Below, piece after piece: positions 14,227 to 25,503 of a stretch of 64,000 bases of DNA. Position 1 is the first letter of the stretch; each line of letters begins with the position of its first letter. The stretch is from NCBI GenBank assembly GCA_977018835.1, contig OZ361260.1, forward strand, positions 3,410,001 through 3,474,000. Reading direction: 5' to 3'. A model generated the notes under the pieces. It did no database searches, was not told the DNA's origin, and saw nothing but the letters and a program-made list of their open reading frames with translations. The stretch is from Minutocellus sp. GHC0000111. Taxonomy: Eukaryota. A program made the position numbers and the translations under genes.

Positions 14227-14554
14227 CTACGTAGATAGAGGGACAACAGGGGAGGATATGTAAAAAGTAAAGTACCTTTCCCACCCGGTCTAGAACGAAT
14301 CTACAGGTAGATCTACATGAAGATGTATTGGCACAGTACATCGGCACCTTTGGACTTTCGATAGATCTACTTTCGATCTTTCGATTATTTTCCGCCGACC
14401 GATCTGTCCTTCGTCCGTCTCATGATACGAGGCTTCGTACCTACGTAGGTAAGAGGCCTTGTGTCTACGTACGGCACACTGACTCGGCGCAAACGTCATC
14501 ACGAGCATCTCTGCCTCGCCTCACATAAAAAACCAAACCAAACCCCCTGCCACC

Positions 14555-15334
14555 ATGTTCAGCCGCCCCTCCCTCCTCATCGCTGCCATCGTCCTGGCCG
14601 CCGTATCTGTCCCCTCGGCGCAAGCATATGTTCCTCAATCATCCTCCGCATTCGGTGGATCGGCCGTGCTCTCGGCTCCACCAGCCAACAGCGCATCTGC
14701 CGCTCCTCGTAAGGGCGACATGAGCATGAAGAAGGGCAAGCCCAATGTTCCAGTCAACATGCGATCGAACTACCGCAAGCAGCAGCAGATGTCTGGAATG
14801 AGGGATCAGATGATTGCGGCATCAACCGCTGGGGAGGATGGTCTGCCCGTATTCAATCTGTTCGTTCGGACGAAGAAGGCAAATGTAAGTTCAATTGCCA
14901 TCACTGATTTCAATTGATCGACTTTCTTCTTTGGAACTCTGTAGCCGAAGCACCCACTCATCCTTTCTTCATCTCAAACATCAATATTGCCAATGGGCAA
15001 AAATAACCTTCAGATGTGGTATCCCTGTGGGTCGTTCAAGGGAGACGAGCGGTCAGCGGCCCTTGCCTCCAACTATCGTGACCAGGGAATGATGTCTGGA
15101 ATCTCCAAGAAGCAACTTGACGGAGGCGTTGCGGGCAGCCTCTACCGGGACCTTCCCAAGCTCAAGGAGAGTGTCGTTCGTGGCTACCCTCAGCTGCGAA
15201 AGGCCAAGGATGAGTTGGAGTGGGGCTACAGATTGAGCTACGAGGGATTGAGCGAGGAACTTGGCAAGGTTCAGGTCGTCGAGCCGAAAGAAAAAAAAGG
15301 CGTCTTTGATGGAATCAAGAACATCTTCGGCTAA
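14555..15334 (+). CDS. Plastid HHL1-like protein (PSII repair/high-light); intron 14885-15013
   Basis: Signal peptide + AQA|Y transit. The spliced GLPVFNLFVRTKKAN|MWYPCGSFKG...SLYRD..KLKESVVRGYPQLRKAKDELEWGYRL matches my recollection of the plant HHL1 core (F..F.R...WYP...YRD.K....R.LR...F.YGYK). Confidence 0.75.
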
Positions 15335-15778
15335 GAAGTGAGAAGTATGTGTACAGTGTACGGCGGCGTTTGATTGGACTGAAAAAGAAAAATATTCCCT
15401 TGCGCTACCAAGTGCGATTGAATTCAAATGGCAGTACTTATCCAGCATTGCAAATTGTTACCTAGCCTACGTTGATATTGCTTTCATTCTGGTGCGGTGC
15501 GACGTGTACAGAATGATTTTCAGCATGCTCGAAAAGTCCCAGTGCCAGATACATATACTCTTTAAAATAGTGTCTTGATTGCTGCATACATACAACAGTG
15601 TTCACAAGTCACGGTAAAAGAATCGTTCTATAGAAACTCGTTTACATTAACATGTTTATACTACATTCTGTTTCTCCGTGCACCCATTGATCTAATGTTC
15701 CATACAAAAAATACAAAAAATGCCATCGACTTCTCCATAGTGCACCGACCTACCTACGTGCAATTAACTCTAGACTAG

Positions 15779-18054
15779 CTAGATTTGAACCGCCCCATTC
15801 TCTTCTAAAAATTCACGGACGAACCCATCTTCGTCAAGAGGATGACCAAGATCAGTTGTTATGGTTTCGGTGAAAAAATCGTTTGGCAGCGACGCATCTG
15901 ACAAGCGCTTATCGGGTGGGTCGTCCATCTGCAGTTTTTGTTGGTGGTGATGAGCGCCTGCCAATGCGGAAGTGAAGATCTCGGGGTTGTACCCTAGGGA
16001 TTGTAGAGTCGTGCCAAGGCTTGAGAGACGACGGGCCTTCTCGTTCCTTGCCTTGGGAAGCATAGCCGCATCAGAGATAGATGAACGTTTGAGGGAGCCG
16101 CCATTGGGTAGAACTGGTACACTACTGCCGCTATTGTCTTCAAATGACTTGAGGATGTCGCCCTCACCATTCCCGTCAGCCCAACTACCATTTGTCTCCT
16201 CGTCCTCATCATCCCTCGGAGGAGGAGTAGAGATGAGACCATCCTCTCCACGCCTTCAGCAGAACCCCGTAGGACAGCATCGTTGCGAATGTCTTCGCTA
16301 GAGAAGAGACCGCCGCTGTCGCTCCAAAAGTTTAGTGCTTCCTCGAGTGAGTCTCCCGTATCACGACGACCTTCCGTAGGTGAGGCCGAAGAAGATGGTG
16401 TGATGGTGGCCTGGATATCATACGTTCCGGATACTTCTGTCTGCTGGTACGGAGGAGAAATGCTACCGGCCAGAGTGTTGTTGCCGCCGGTTTCCATGGG
16501 AAGAGGTTCAGCACAAGCGGTGGTAGGTGGCGGCCTTGGATAGGAATACCCTGGAGGTGGGGGCATATCACAACCGTTGCCGCCAGCAGCGACATGAGGA
16601 TGAGGATGGCCAGGAGGTGGGCAGTAGGGGGGATACGCTCCATGATGAAATTGCGGTGCCCCTCCTCGGTGGTACGGCATTGGCGGGTACGGAAGAACAA
16701 CCTTTCCTGGAAGTGGTGGCGGTAATGAATTTGGCGGCGGCATCATATTTGGGTGCTGAAAGAAGGGTGCCGATGGTACGAGGGGTGGAGGGACGGCAAC
16801 GGTTGCCTCCAAAGGCGGCATTTCCTCTTCGTTTACAGACATCAGATCGCTCTCGTACCGATTCCGAAGACGAGAGTTGGCTGGGCTGGTAGTCTTGGTC
16901 CGGGCCTTGCCCCTCGATCTGGTAGTATTTGCTTGGCGTCGTGTGGTAGTGGCATTCTTGCCACGTCCCTTCTTGGTGGCACCACCGAGCGACGTCGTCG
17001 AATGCAAACTCTTGAGGGGCTCCCCACCGAGCTGCTTCTTCTCTCTGTCATCCGCCAAGAAGAGAAAATCGAGAAAGTGATGGGGCTTCTTGCCATGCTC
17101 GACAGTGGCCTTGAGGTTGCGCTTCCGAACGTTGGTGGTCCAGTTGACCACCTGAGAGTACGTGAGACCGGCGGCTTCGCTAAGGGCTTGAATCTGATTC
17201 TGGTCCGGAAATGGATGAGACTGCGTGAAGATAAAGGGGACAATAGGACAAGACAGTGTGAGGAAGACGCATCGCAAAACGGATATTCGCTCACTGCCCG
17301 ACCTTTTACTTACTCTGTTCTGAATCATCCAATCCGTGAGAATATCGGTTTGTTCCTTGGAATATTTGACGGCAATGGATTGGCTTGCATTGCCACCGGC
17401 CTTCTTTTTGCCCTTGGGTGGTTTCTTCCTAGCTTTCTTGGCGGAGGGAGCGACATCATCGTCGTCAGCGTTGTTGCCATTGGCGGCATTGGTTCCTTGA
17501 ACAATCGAGAAGCACCGATCAAACTCAGCAACGAGCGAATCAATCGTTTCATCGACGAGGGCATCGGTGTAAGGGAACAGACCCCGGGGCAAGATTGACG
17601 GATGGGACGATGAAGACGACGTACATGTGTTCTCACGGACAATGGCGGCGGCCTTGTTGGAATGCAAGTCCGATAGGGCAAGGTTAATTATACCTGGGGT
17701 CTTGTCGGCTGCCGGATTCGGGGCATCAGCATCAGCATCCACCAAAGAGCCCTGCTGCTGGGACTGAAGATTCTTCAATTTGGCAGCCGTAGAGAGAATC
17801 TTGGCAAAGTCTTGATGCCGAACAAGGCGATCAAAGTCGCAAATGGCGGCTGCATCCTCAGAAGACATGCCCTCGGGCAAGCATCCCGTATTGATCAGGG
17901 CAGGAGGTGAAGGAGGAGTAGGCATGTCTGGTTGAGATGGATTGTTATGTAACCGTGGGGGGAGTGTGGTTGTTGGTGGCAACGGCGGTATCGACTCGCG
18001 GGCTCCACCATTACTAGTACAATCGCTTCCCCGTGCCGAATAATTCGGAATCAT
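15779..18054 (-). CDS. TALE-class (Homeobox_KN) homeodomain transcription factor; 93-bp in-frame intron 17221-17313; probable 1-nt frameshift at ~16250
   Basis: Spliced KYSKEQTDILTDWMIQNR|SHPFPDQNQIQALSEAAGLTYSQVVNWTTNVRKRNLK, followed by a Pro-rich region. The C-terminus continues in another frame (EDGLISTPPP...AMLPKARNEK...) to the stop at 15779. Confidence 0.85.
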
Positions 18055-18786
18055 CTTTAGATTGAGTTGGGTCTACGTTGCTCCGAATCTTGGGGCTGGG
18101 CTGGCCGACTCGACTCGAATCTTACACGATGCGATTGATCTTTCGATGGGTTATGATCGAGCGATGTGTATGTCGAATTCTGTCTTTCTGCAACGGAATG
18201 CGGGCTGCATGTGCATCGTGCTTCCGCAAAAAGAGCTTCAAGTGTTCCGTGTTTCGTGTCGAAGCACATCAATTCTGTCGAAACACGTAGATTCTGTCGA
18301 CAGCCATCATTCCATCATTCCCACCATTTCTGGTTTGAATTCAAAGTCGAAGTCTAACTCTGGTCGATAGCCATCATATCATTTGTCACATCGCGAGGTA
18401 TGGACATGCCATTGACTCTTGCCCGACCCCTCGAGGTGCATGTTGCCCTCATCGCTATGATTGAATTATTTGATTCCTTCAATTGCTGGCCTTGCTCGGT
18501 CGAGTCATACATGCATCAGGTTGTTGGTTATCTCTCGCTCAGGCGCCAGTCCGCCTACACACTTTGCAAAAAGTGAGAGCATCGTTCCCATTCTACAACG
18601 CCATGTGCACCATTTTGGAGACACGCTGCAAGTGATAAGATAGGCCTACCAGTACTCGTATGTGCTAACACACCCGTGGGGTCACAAGGGAGGCGCATGG
18701 CGTGCTGAAGTGCGTATCTTTGCATATCTTTTTTATTGCGTTGCTGCTTTGCTTGGCTGCCGCGCTGATTGCTACGATTGAGCGAG

Positions 18787-20969
18787 CACAGCCCCATCTC
18801 GTCTTGTTTCGCCGGTCGGATGAAGCGTTTTTCGGCAGAAGACGAACACGTCACGAAGAAACCCACCAAAACCCAATCTCGTTCGTCACCCATTCTTTGA
18901 CCGTCCAACACCATGGTGGTCCGTCGGCGTTGCGCCGGCGCATAACTATATTTTCGTACCAAATACGCATTCATTATCATGTTTGGATATAGTTGAAGCT
19001 TATTGTATCCTCAGATTGGCCTCCGCTGCGTATCAACGCCACGAACCATCAGCCTACTTTTCCTCCATCTGTCGGCCGTTCGTTCGTTTTTTTCTCTGGG
19101 GTGGCACCATTGCTCCGTCTTTGTGCTCGTCGTGCTCCCGTTGTGATGCCCCAGACCCTCTGGTACTTTCCCACGTTGTTGTTGATGATAAACTGCCGGG
19201 ATTGCGCCGCACCCCCCGTATGACCGACTCTCGCTGATCCCGACCGATCGCATCCCCACTCGACCTCCCCCCCGGAATTCCGACAATGGTTTTGCGCCCG
19301 AGGAGAGACAGATAGCATTGGGATAAGTTTATGCAACAATCAACCCAACAAAGGGACTTTTTGGTCTGGGAGATAAATGGGTGAGTTAAGAAGGACGTGA
19401 TGTGTTTGTTTGGGTGCACTGTTTACTTTTTTGCTCAATCGCAACACTGTTTGTAAAGTTGGATTGTGCAATTCATTTGTCATTGTGTGTAGCAGCAGTG
19501 TAATTTCATTTTCTAATTTTGTGCATGCCCTGCTCCCATCTCTACATCCTCATCTCCATCGGTGGCCATCATGATCATTTGTTGGCGCTTGTCATCAGTT
19601 TCTGCTTTAACAGCTTCGGTCCTTGTCCTTTTCCTTGTTCTTGCCACCCGAGAGTTTCGCTCCCGCCTCTCCTCGACCTTTGGATTGGATGCCCTCTCCT
19701 CAGCCTTGAACCTGTTGTCCCCGGCAATTGGATCGTCATACTTCGTCTCTGAAACCAGCAGGAGAGTTCCTTTGGTGGAGGTGTTATGGTGGATGAACTC
19801 TGTTGTCCTTGGTTTCTTCTTGTTGTTGCCATCAGAAACATCAATGGATAAAGCTCTCCAGCATTCTGCCAGCACTGCCCTCATTTTACCTGAGTCGGCC
19901 GCCTCAATGCCGGCGTTTTTCAGGAAATGGAAGTGAGGGGCATCGTCATCCTCGGCATCATCGACAGCTCCCATCTCTGGCTCGCCATCACCGTGCTTCT
20001 GACGATTCTTCTCAAAGTGCTGCTGCATGCATGCATGCATGCGCCTCATGTGTAGCGTCCTCTCTTGCAATGTCAGCTTCGTCCTCACAACAGGGCACAC
20101 AGTCCTCGTCTTCGTCGTCATCGTCCTCACTGATCTCGCCGGCCTCCGTCGTGGTCAGGGTGCCCACCGTCCCAACATCGTCGTCATTGTTGTCCCACCC
20201 ATCGTCCTGGCCATTGCACCCACCAGGGAACTTCTGGGCCTCGAGCAACATCTGCCTGTTGATTTCGTAGTCCATCGCCGCATGTCCCACCGACACATGT
20301 GGTGCGACCGACTTGAGGAATGCATTGCATGTTTTCGTCAAATTGAGCCTCGGCGGCGGCATTTCGAGGCGAAATTGTTGTTGCTCGACCGTGACCACAT
20401 GTCGAAAGCCATCCATCCATCATCATCATGGAGAGAGCGTCGGCTGCACGAGGATTGATTGAACCGAGGCGAACAAACATGCTCTTTTTGTGTGGGGTTC
20501 GCTGAACGTCGTCGGCAAGGCAGTGTCTTGATGCCATTTCATCCCATCCATTCTGGTTGTCTGTCCTCACAAAAAAACACATCGCAGTCTTCTTCGTGTT
20601 TCTTCTTCTTCAAACCCAAGATGCCCGCAGTGTGTGCATGACGGCGCCGCACATGATGGGACTGCATCCCAACACATTCATCAAGGAGTCGTTGTTGTTG
20701 CCGATGAAATTGTAGCAATGAAGTTCCTTTCTGCGAAGACGGACGAGCAGTTCAGCCAGGGCGTCCTGCACCGCAACTCTGTGTCTGCGGGGTGTTGACC
20801 GCGGGATTGCGGCCGTTGTTTTTTTTTGCTCATGGAGAGTTGTGGATCGAGACCAACGGGAACATCACCAGGATGTCGCGGGAGCACCTGGTTGGTCTCG
20901 TGCCGCAACTCTCCCACACCAGCGCGAGACATCGCCTTCGTTCTGCACGTAGCGGCGGCAATTTGAATT
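18787..20969 (-). mobile_element. Chapaev/CMC-like DNA transposon copy A (left TIR present, right end truncated, internal deletion)
   Basis: Begins with the same CACAGCCCCATCT terminus as the 58261-60902 copy and is colinear with it up to ...ATTTGAATT (20969 = 60787). Confidence 0.85.
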
Positions 20970-22331
20970 CACACACATCGGTGGGATGTGCGGCGATGGA
21001 CTACGAAATCAACAGGCAGATGTTGCTCGAGGCCCAGAAGTTCCCTGGTGGGTGTAATGGCCAGGACGATGGGTGGGACAATGACGACGATGTTGGGACG
21101 GTGGGCACCCTGACCACGACGGAGGCCGGCGAGATCAGTGAGGACGATGACGACGAAGACGAGGACTGTGTGCCCTGTTGTGAGGACGAAGCTGACATTG
21201 CAAGAGAGGACGCTACACATGAGGCACACATGCAGCAGTGCTTTGAGAAGAATCGTCAGAGAAGCACGGTGATGGCGAGCCAGAGATGGGAGCTGTCGAT
21301 GATGCCGAGGATGACGATGCCCCTCACTTCCATTTCCTGAAAAACGCCGGCATTGAGGCGGCCGACTCAGGTAAAACAAGGGCAGTGCTGGCAGAATGCT
21401 GGAGAGCTTTATCCATTGATGTTTCTGATGGCAACAACAAGAAGAAACCAAGGACAACAGAGTTCATCCACCATAACACCTCCACCAAAGGAACTCTCCT
21501 AGAGCACAATCGCGAGGAAGATGGCATGACGGATGACGACATCAAAGAGCTCTGCAAAGCTTGCTCTAATTTGCTCCACACTCTTGACGCAACATGTTCC
21601 AGGTTTCTGAAATGGTGCATGAAATGGGATGATGAGGCAAAGAAGGCTGTGAGAGAGCTTGAAGCATTGATTGCAAGTGCCCTCAAGCAAGCACGGGCAA
21701 TCGGTGTTAGCATAACGCCCAAGTGGCACTTACTCGAAGATCACATCTTGGACCAACACATTTGGCTAGTAGTGAAGAATGGATGGGGCGGCATCTATTG
21801 GCTCGACGAATCGTTTGTAGAGCGAGCCCACCAAGAGGGCGTTAAGTAAGGAAGATCGTCGGACTCAGGGCGTCAAGGGATATGAGGCCCAACAGACGGC
21901 GCAGTTCAAGGCTGAGGAGAGGGCATCCAATCCAAAGGTCGAGGAGAGGCGGGAGCGAAACTCTCGGGTGGCAAGAACAAGGAAAAGGACAAGGACCGAA
22001 GCTGTTAAAGCAGAAACTGATGACAAGCGCCAACAAATGATCATGATGGCCACCGATGGAGATGAGGATGTAGAGATGGGAGCAGGGCATGTATAAAATT
22101 AGAAAATGAAATTACACTACTACTACACAATAACAAATGAATTGCATAATCCAACTTTTACAAACAGTATCGCGATTGAGCAAAAAAGTAAATAGTACAC
22201 CCAAACAAACACATCACGTCCTTCTTAACTCACCCATTTATCTCCCAGACCAAAAGTCCCTTTGTCGGGTTGATTGTTGCATAAACTTATCCCAATGCTA
22301 TCTGTCTCTCCTCGGGCGCAAAATTATTGTC
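20970..22331 (+). mobile_element. Inverted internal fragment (copy A') of the same transposon, with transposase C-terminus
   Basis: Reverse complement of ~58748-60123. Encodes VSITPKWHLLEDHI...GGIYWLDESFVERAHQ, the H-x4-H plus catalytic-E region of CMC/Transib-type DDE transposases. A 4-bp TAAG duplication at ~21843-21850 creates a stop. Confidence 0.85.
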
Positions 22332-22746
22332 CAAAGCGATAAGGCCGAAACGAAAAAGAGGCAAGGATAAAAAACGAAGTGCTTGGCCAGACACTGGGCA
22401 AACCGCTGGGCAAACCGATCGCGGAGACGATGATGCCAGGCGTTGGATGCATGTACCAGATAGATAGTATGATAATATGTGTACTCCTAGTTATATTTTG
22501 AAGCAAGATGCACAACAATCAGCCATTATTCTCGTGTTCGAGCAGTCAGCACAACACGTTTGCCCGTCCGCTACGTGTACGAAGTCCGTTTCGCGAGAAA
22601 TCGAGCGCAGCAACCGCCTGAATCTTAGATCTACCGGCATTGAATACATGTACAATGCAAAGTACATGTATTGCAGCAGCTAGTATCCAGATCTACAATC
22701 CAATCTAGTATTATTAAACACAACATAACTTAAAAGCACCGCAGGA

Positions 22747-24089
22747 CTAATTATCCATGGTTGGATCAGCAGGAGGAGGAGCGATAATTTTCCCATCTAT
22801 CCGAACCATGCCATTTTCAGTCGGCCTGAAATCCTTTCGCACCCCAACATGCATGCCTTCACCGTTTCCAAGAAAATCATTGTTGCCTTTTGCAACGATT
22901 ACCTTCTTTGCAATTCTATGAGCCTGTATGTATGCCGATGCGATCTTCCAGTTTTCCAGCCCCATCCAAACTTCCTCCGCTGCATCCCAAGTCTGATCCT
23001 CTGTCAAAACCTTCAGCCCCTCCCGATCGCGGCACAACATTGTATGCTGCTTTGACATGCAAGGGAAAACAGACAGATCAAGAACATTCATATGGGGCAT
23101 TGCGGGGCCTGAGGTTCCCAACGCCATCCCTTGTCCCGACAGTATCCTTCCACATATTCCACAAATTCAGTCTCGGCATGGGGCCCAGCATTGTCGCCCT
23201 GGAAAATAGGGACATAGCCTTCAAACTTTCCGCCAGGTCCGACCAAAGCCTCAACATCCGGAAATATCTTGTTCTCAAACAAAGCTTTCAGTGGGAACTT
23301 GGGATTATCAAGGGTGCCATGGCTGCATCCAGTCACCGCGCAATCCACAAGGTATAGATCGTCTTTCTTCCGAACCACCGGGCCGCAATATTTGATTCTA
23401 CCATCTGCCTGCCGCACCGCCTCCCTTACCATCTGCCTCGCAATTTTATGCGCCTGAGCCCGAAAAAGTCCAAGCTTGAACGCAATGCCGCCATTCTCAA
23501 TGCTGTCAATAAAAGCCAAGGCAGTGACAGCCACCACCATGCACTTGTTGATGTGATTTCGGTGATATGCCGAGAAGGACCGAGGATCAACACCCAATTC
23601 TGCAACTTGCTTGGCATGCGATCGAAGAACCAAGCCCCAAAACCACTTCTCATCGAACATAACAAGGAGAAACTTGCCACCGCCGAGCCCCCAATTGTTT
23701 CGGAATTTCCGCGCAAATGCCAAATGTTTCTCCATCTGATGTGTAGTAAGGAGAGGGATGATCCTTTCGGCATAGTACCGGAACCCTTCCCGCGACATTA
23801 TCCACCGCCGTATTGCCGAGTAGGAACACCAAAAGTTGACATCCACCTCCAGCTCCCGCCAAGATTCCCGAGGATTTCGTATCAGAGCATCAACAATAAC
23901 ATCTCGAATGTATGGCTGCATAGCCAGATGAGATCTCCTCTTCATCTCCCACATCGCCTTCTCAGATGCAGGTAGAGCACCATACGCCTTCATCCATCCC
24001 GAAAATCGTGCACCATGCTCTGCGCTGGACAGCACCGAATAGTCCACCTTTGCCTGCTCTCCCTGCACTTGGCAATTGCAAAGAGACAT
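22747..24089 (-). mobile_element. IS630-Tc1-mariner transposase related to the plant-mariner (DD39D) group, here DD38D; 1-nt frameshift at ~23100
   Basis: IIPLLT..QMEKHLAFA, VMFDEKWFW, HINKCMVVAV, IFQGDNAGPH and QAPQ(M)PHMNVLDLSVFP. After restoring the frame there are 38 residues between the second and third D. Confidence 0.85.
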
Positions 24090-24128
24090 GGTGCAGTATG
24101 CCGCCGGGTCGCCGTTGCAAGATCGTCG

Positions 24129-24670
24129 ATGACAGAACGGAAGGCGGCCGAATCAGATGAATCATCGGCACTCGTTGGGAAGCAGTATACCGGTCCAAGT
24201 ATGCCGATCGCGTCATCGAAATGCTCAGCTTCGACTTCCGCCCGAGACACAAATGGATTGAACACATACTCACCGCTGTCTTGGCCATCATCATTGACCA
24301 GGAGAAAACTCTCAAGATTGACGGGCCCGAGGATTTTGAGAAGCACATGCTCCTCAATGTCGTCAGTCGACTCGTCTGCCGGGCGATAAGGGCCGAGAAC
24401 ATGCCCCTCGACATGGATGATGTCGTGGCAATAACTGAATCGGTGTACGACAAGGCCGCGGAGATGTTCCACTCCTCAGTTACCTTCATCTACAAGTTAA
24501 ACGGCGTGAAGCGGGAGCTAAAGAAGCTCAAGCTCATCCCGGATTGGCTGTGGTGCGAGATCCGGGACGAATGCATCGTACTGCCGATCCGAGGCGAGTA
24601 TCATGCCATCGTTCAAGATGAAGACGAGATGGAGGCCGAACCGTCGCGTCGCACGAACGCGTCCATTTGA
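24129..24670 (+). CDS. Orphan ORF (~180 aa) divergent from the mariner transposase; probable frameshift at ~24160
   Basis: Protein-like sequence with strong GC3 bias (IIGTRWEAVYRSKYADRVIEMLSFDFRPRHKWIEHIL...WLWCEIRDECIVLP). No family recognised. Confidence 0.4.
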
Positions 24671-24865
24671 TTAGAGCCGCTGAAATCTAAAGTCTTATCC
24701 GAATTATTGTTTCACATGAAGATAAATCAAAATTAGAGTAAAAATAGCCATTTTCTTAAATATTTCAGCATGACTATTCTTCGAGGCGCTTTTCAATCCC
24801 CTCGAAAGCAGTCAAAAACCGGGCGCTCGATTTCTCGCGAATCTGACCTCGTAGTTGTGCCAACG

Positions 24866-25480
24866 ATGGCGAGACCTCCTCATTCTCGACGTCGCCGTAC
24901 CTCATTTGCTCGTGATAGACAAAATGATCGATTCTCTCATCTTGCAACGCTTGTAATCGTTCTTGATGAGGAAGAAGTGGAACATCTCGGTTCGAAACTT
25001 GGTTGTAAAAACACACCAAGAGTTCGGAAAAGCGTTGAGAAGATGATTCTCGAGCTCGGCATTAGCGCAAGAAAGGCATTGCGAATGGACCCCAATGTCT
25101 TTTACCATCTCCATGATGTTCTCGAGGCTGGCATTGCTGCAAAGTTCTGTTCTCGAAAGGCTGGCGATGCCACTGGGGGTCAACTCGCTCCCAACGGTTT
25201 GGTGTCAACCAAGCTTCGGCTAAGTTGCGCCATGCGATGCTTCGCCGGCGCGGCCGTGTACGATCTCATCCTTACTCACGGCATGGGACGATCGACCATA
25301 TATCAATCCATATGGGGCATCGTAGACGTCATTAATCAGAGCGATGATCTTGCACTCAATGCCGACAGTGCACCATTTCCTTCCATTGCCGAGCAGGAAG
25401 ACATTGCTGCTGGTTTTCTTGAAAAAAGTAGAGTTGGATTCGACAATGTTATTGGTGCTATTGATGCATTGCTTGTTACA
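24866..25480 (+). pseudogene. PIF/Harbinger transposase (DDE_Tnp_4 type), 5' half only
   Basis: LRMDPNVFYHLHDVL, NGLVSTKLRLSCAMRCFAGAAVYDL..HGMGRSTIYQSIW.IVDVIN, FP...EQ..IAAGF..KS..GFDNVIGAIDALLV. Similarity stops right after the first catalytic D. Confidence 0.85.
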
Positions 25481-25503
25481 ATTGATTACCAAAATATCAC
25501 ACA

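Noticed and set aside
19513..21849. Many overlapping ORFs in all frames within the transposon copies
   Set aside because: A by-product of TpA loss removing TAA/TAG stops, not real genes.
18787..22331. Ordinary CpG deamination or RIP as the cause of the TG/CA differences
   Set aside because: The TA state is observed at the same sites in a third copy, Tyr and stop codons polarise toward a TA ancestor, CpG is retained and TA is depleted. Only a minority of changes are CG->CA.
22482..24740. Possible mariner TIRs (TA|CTCCTAG... / ...TTAGAG|TA)
   Set aside because: The match is too short and gapped to call.
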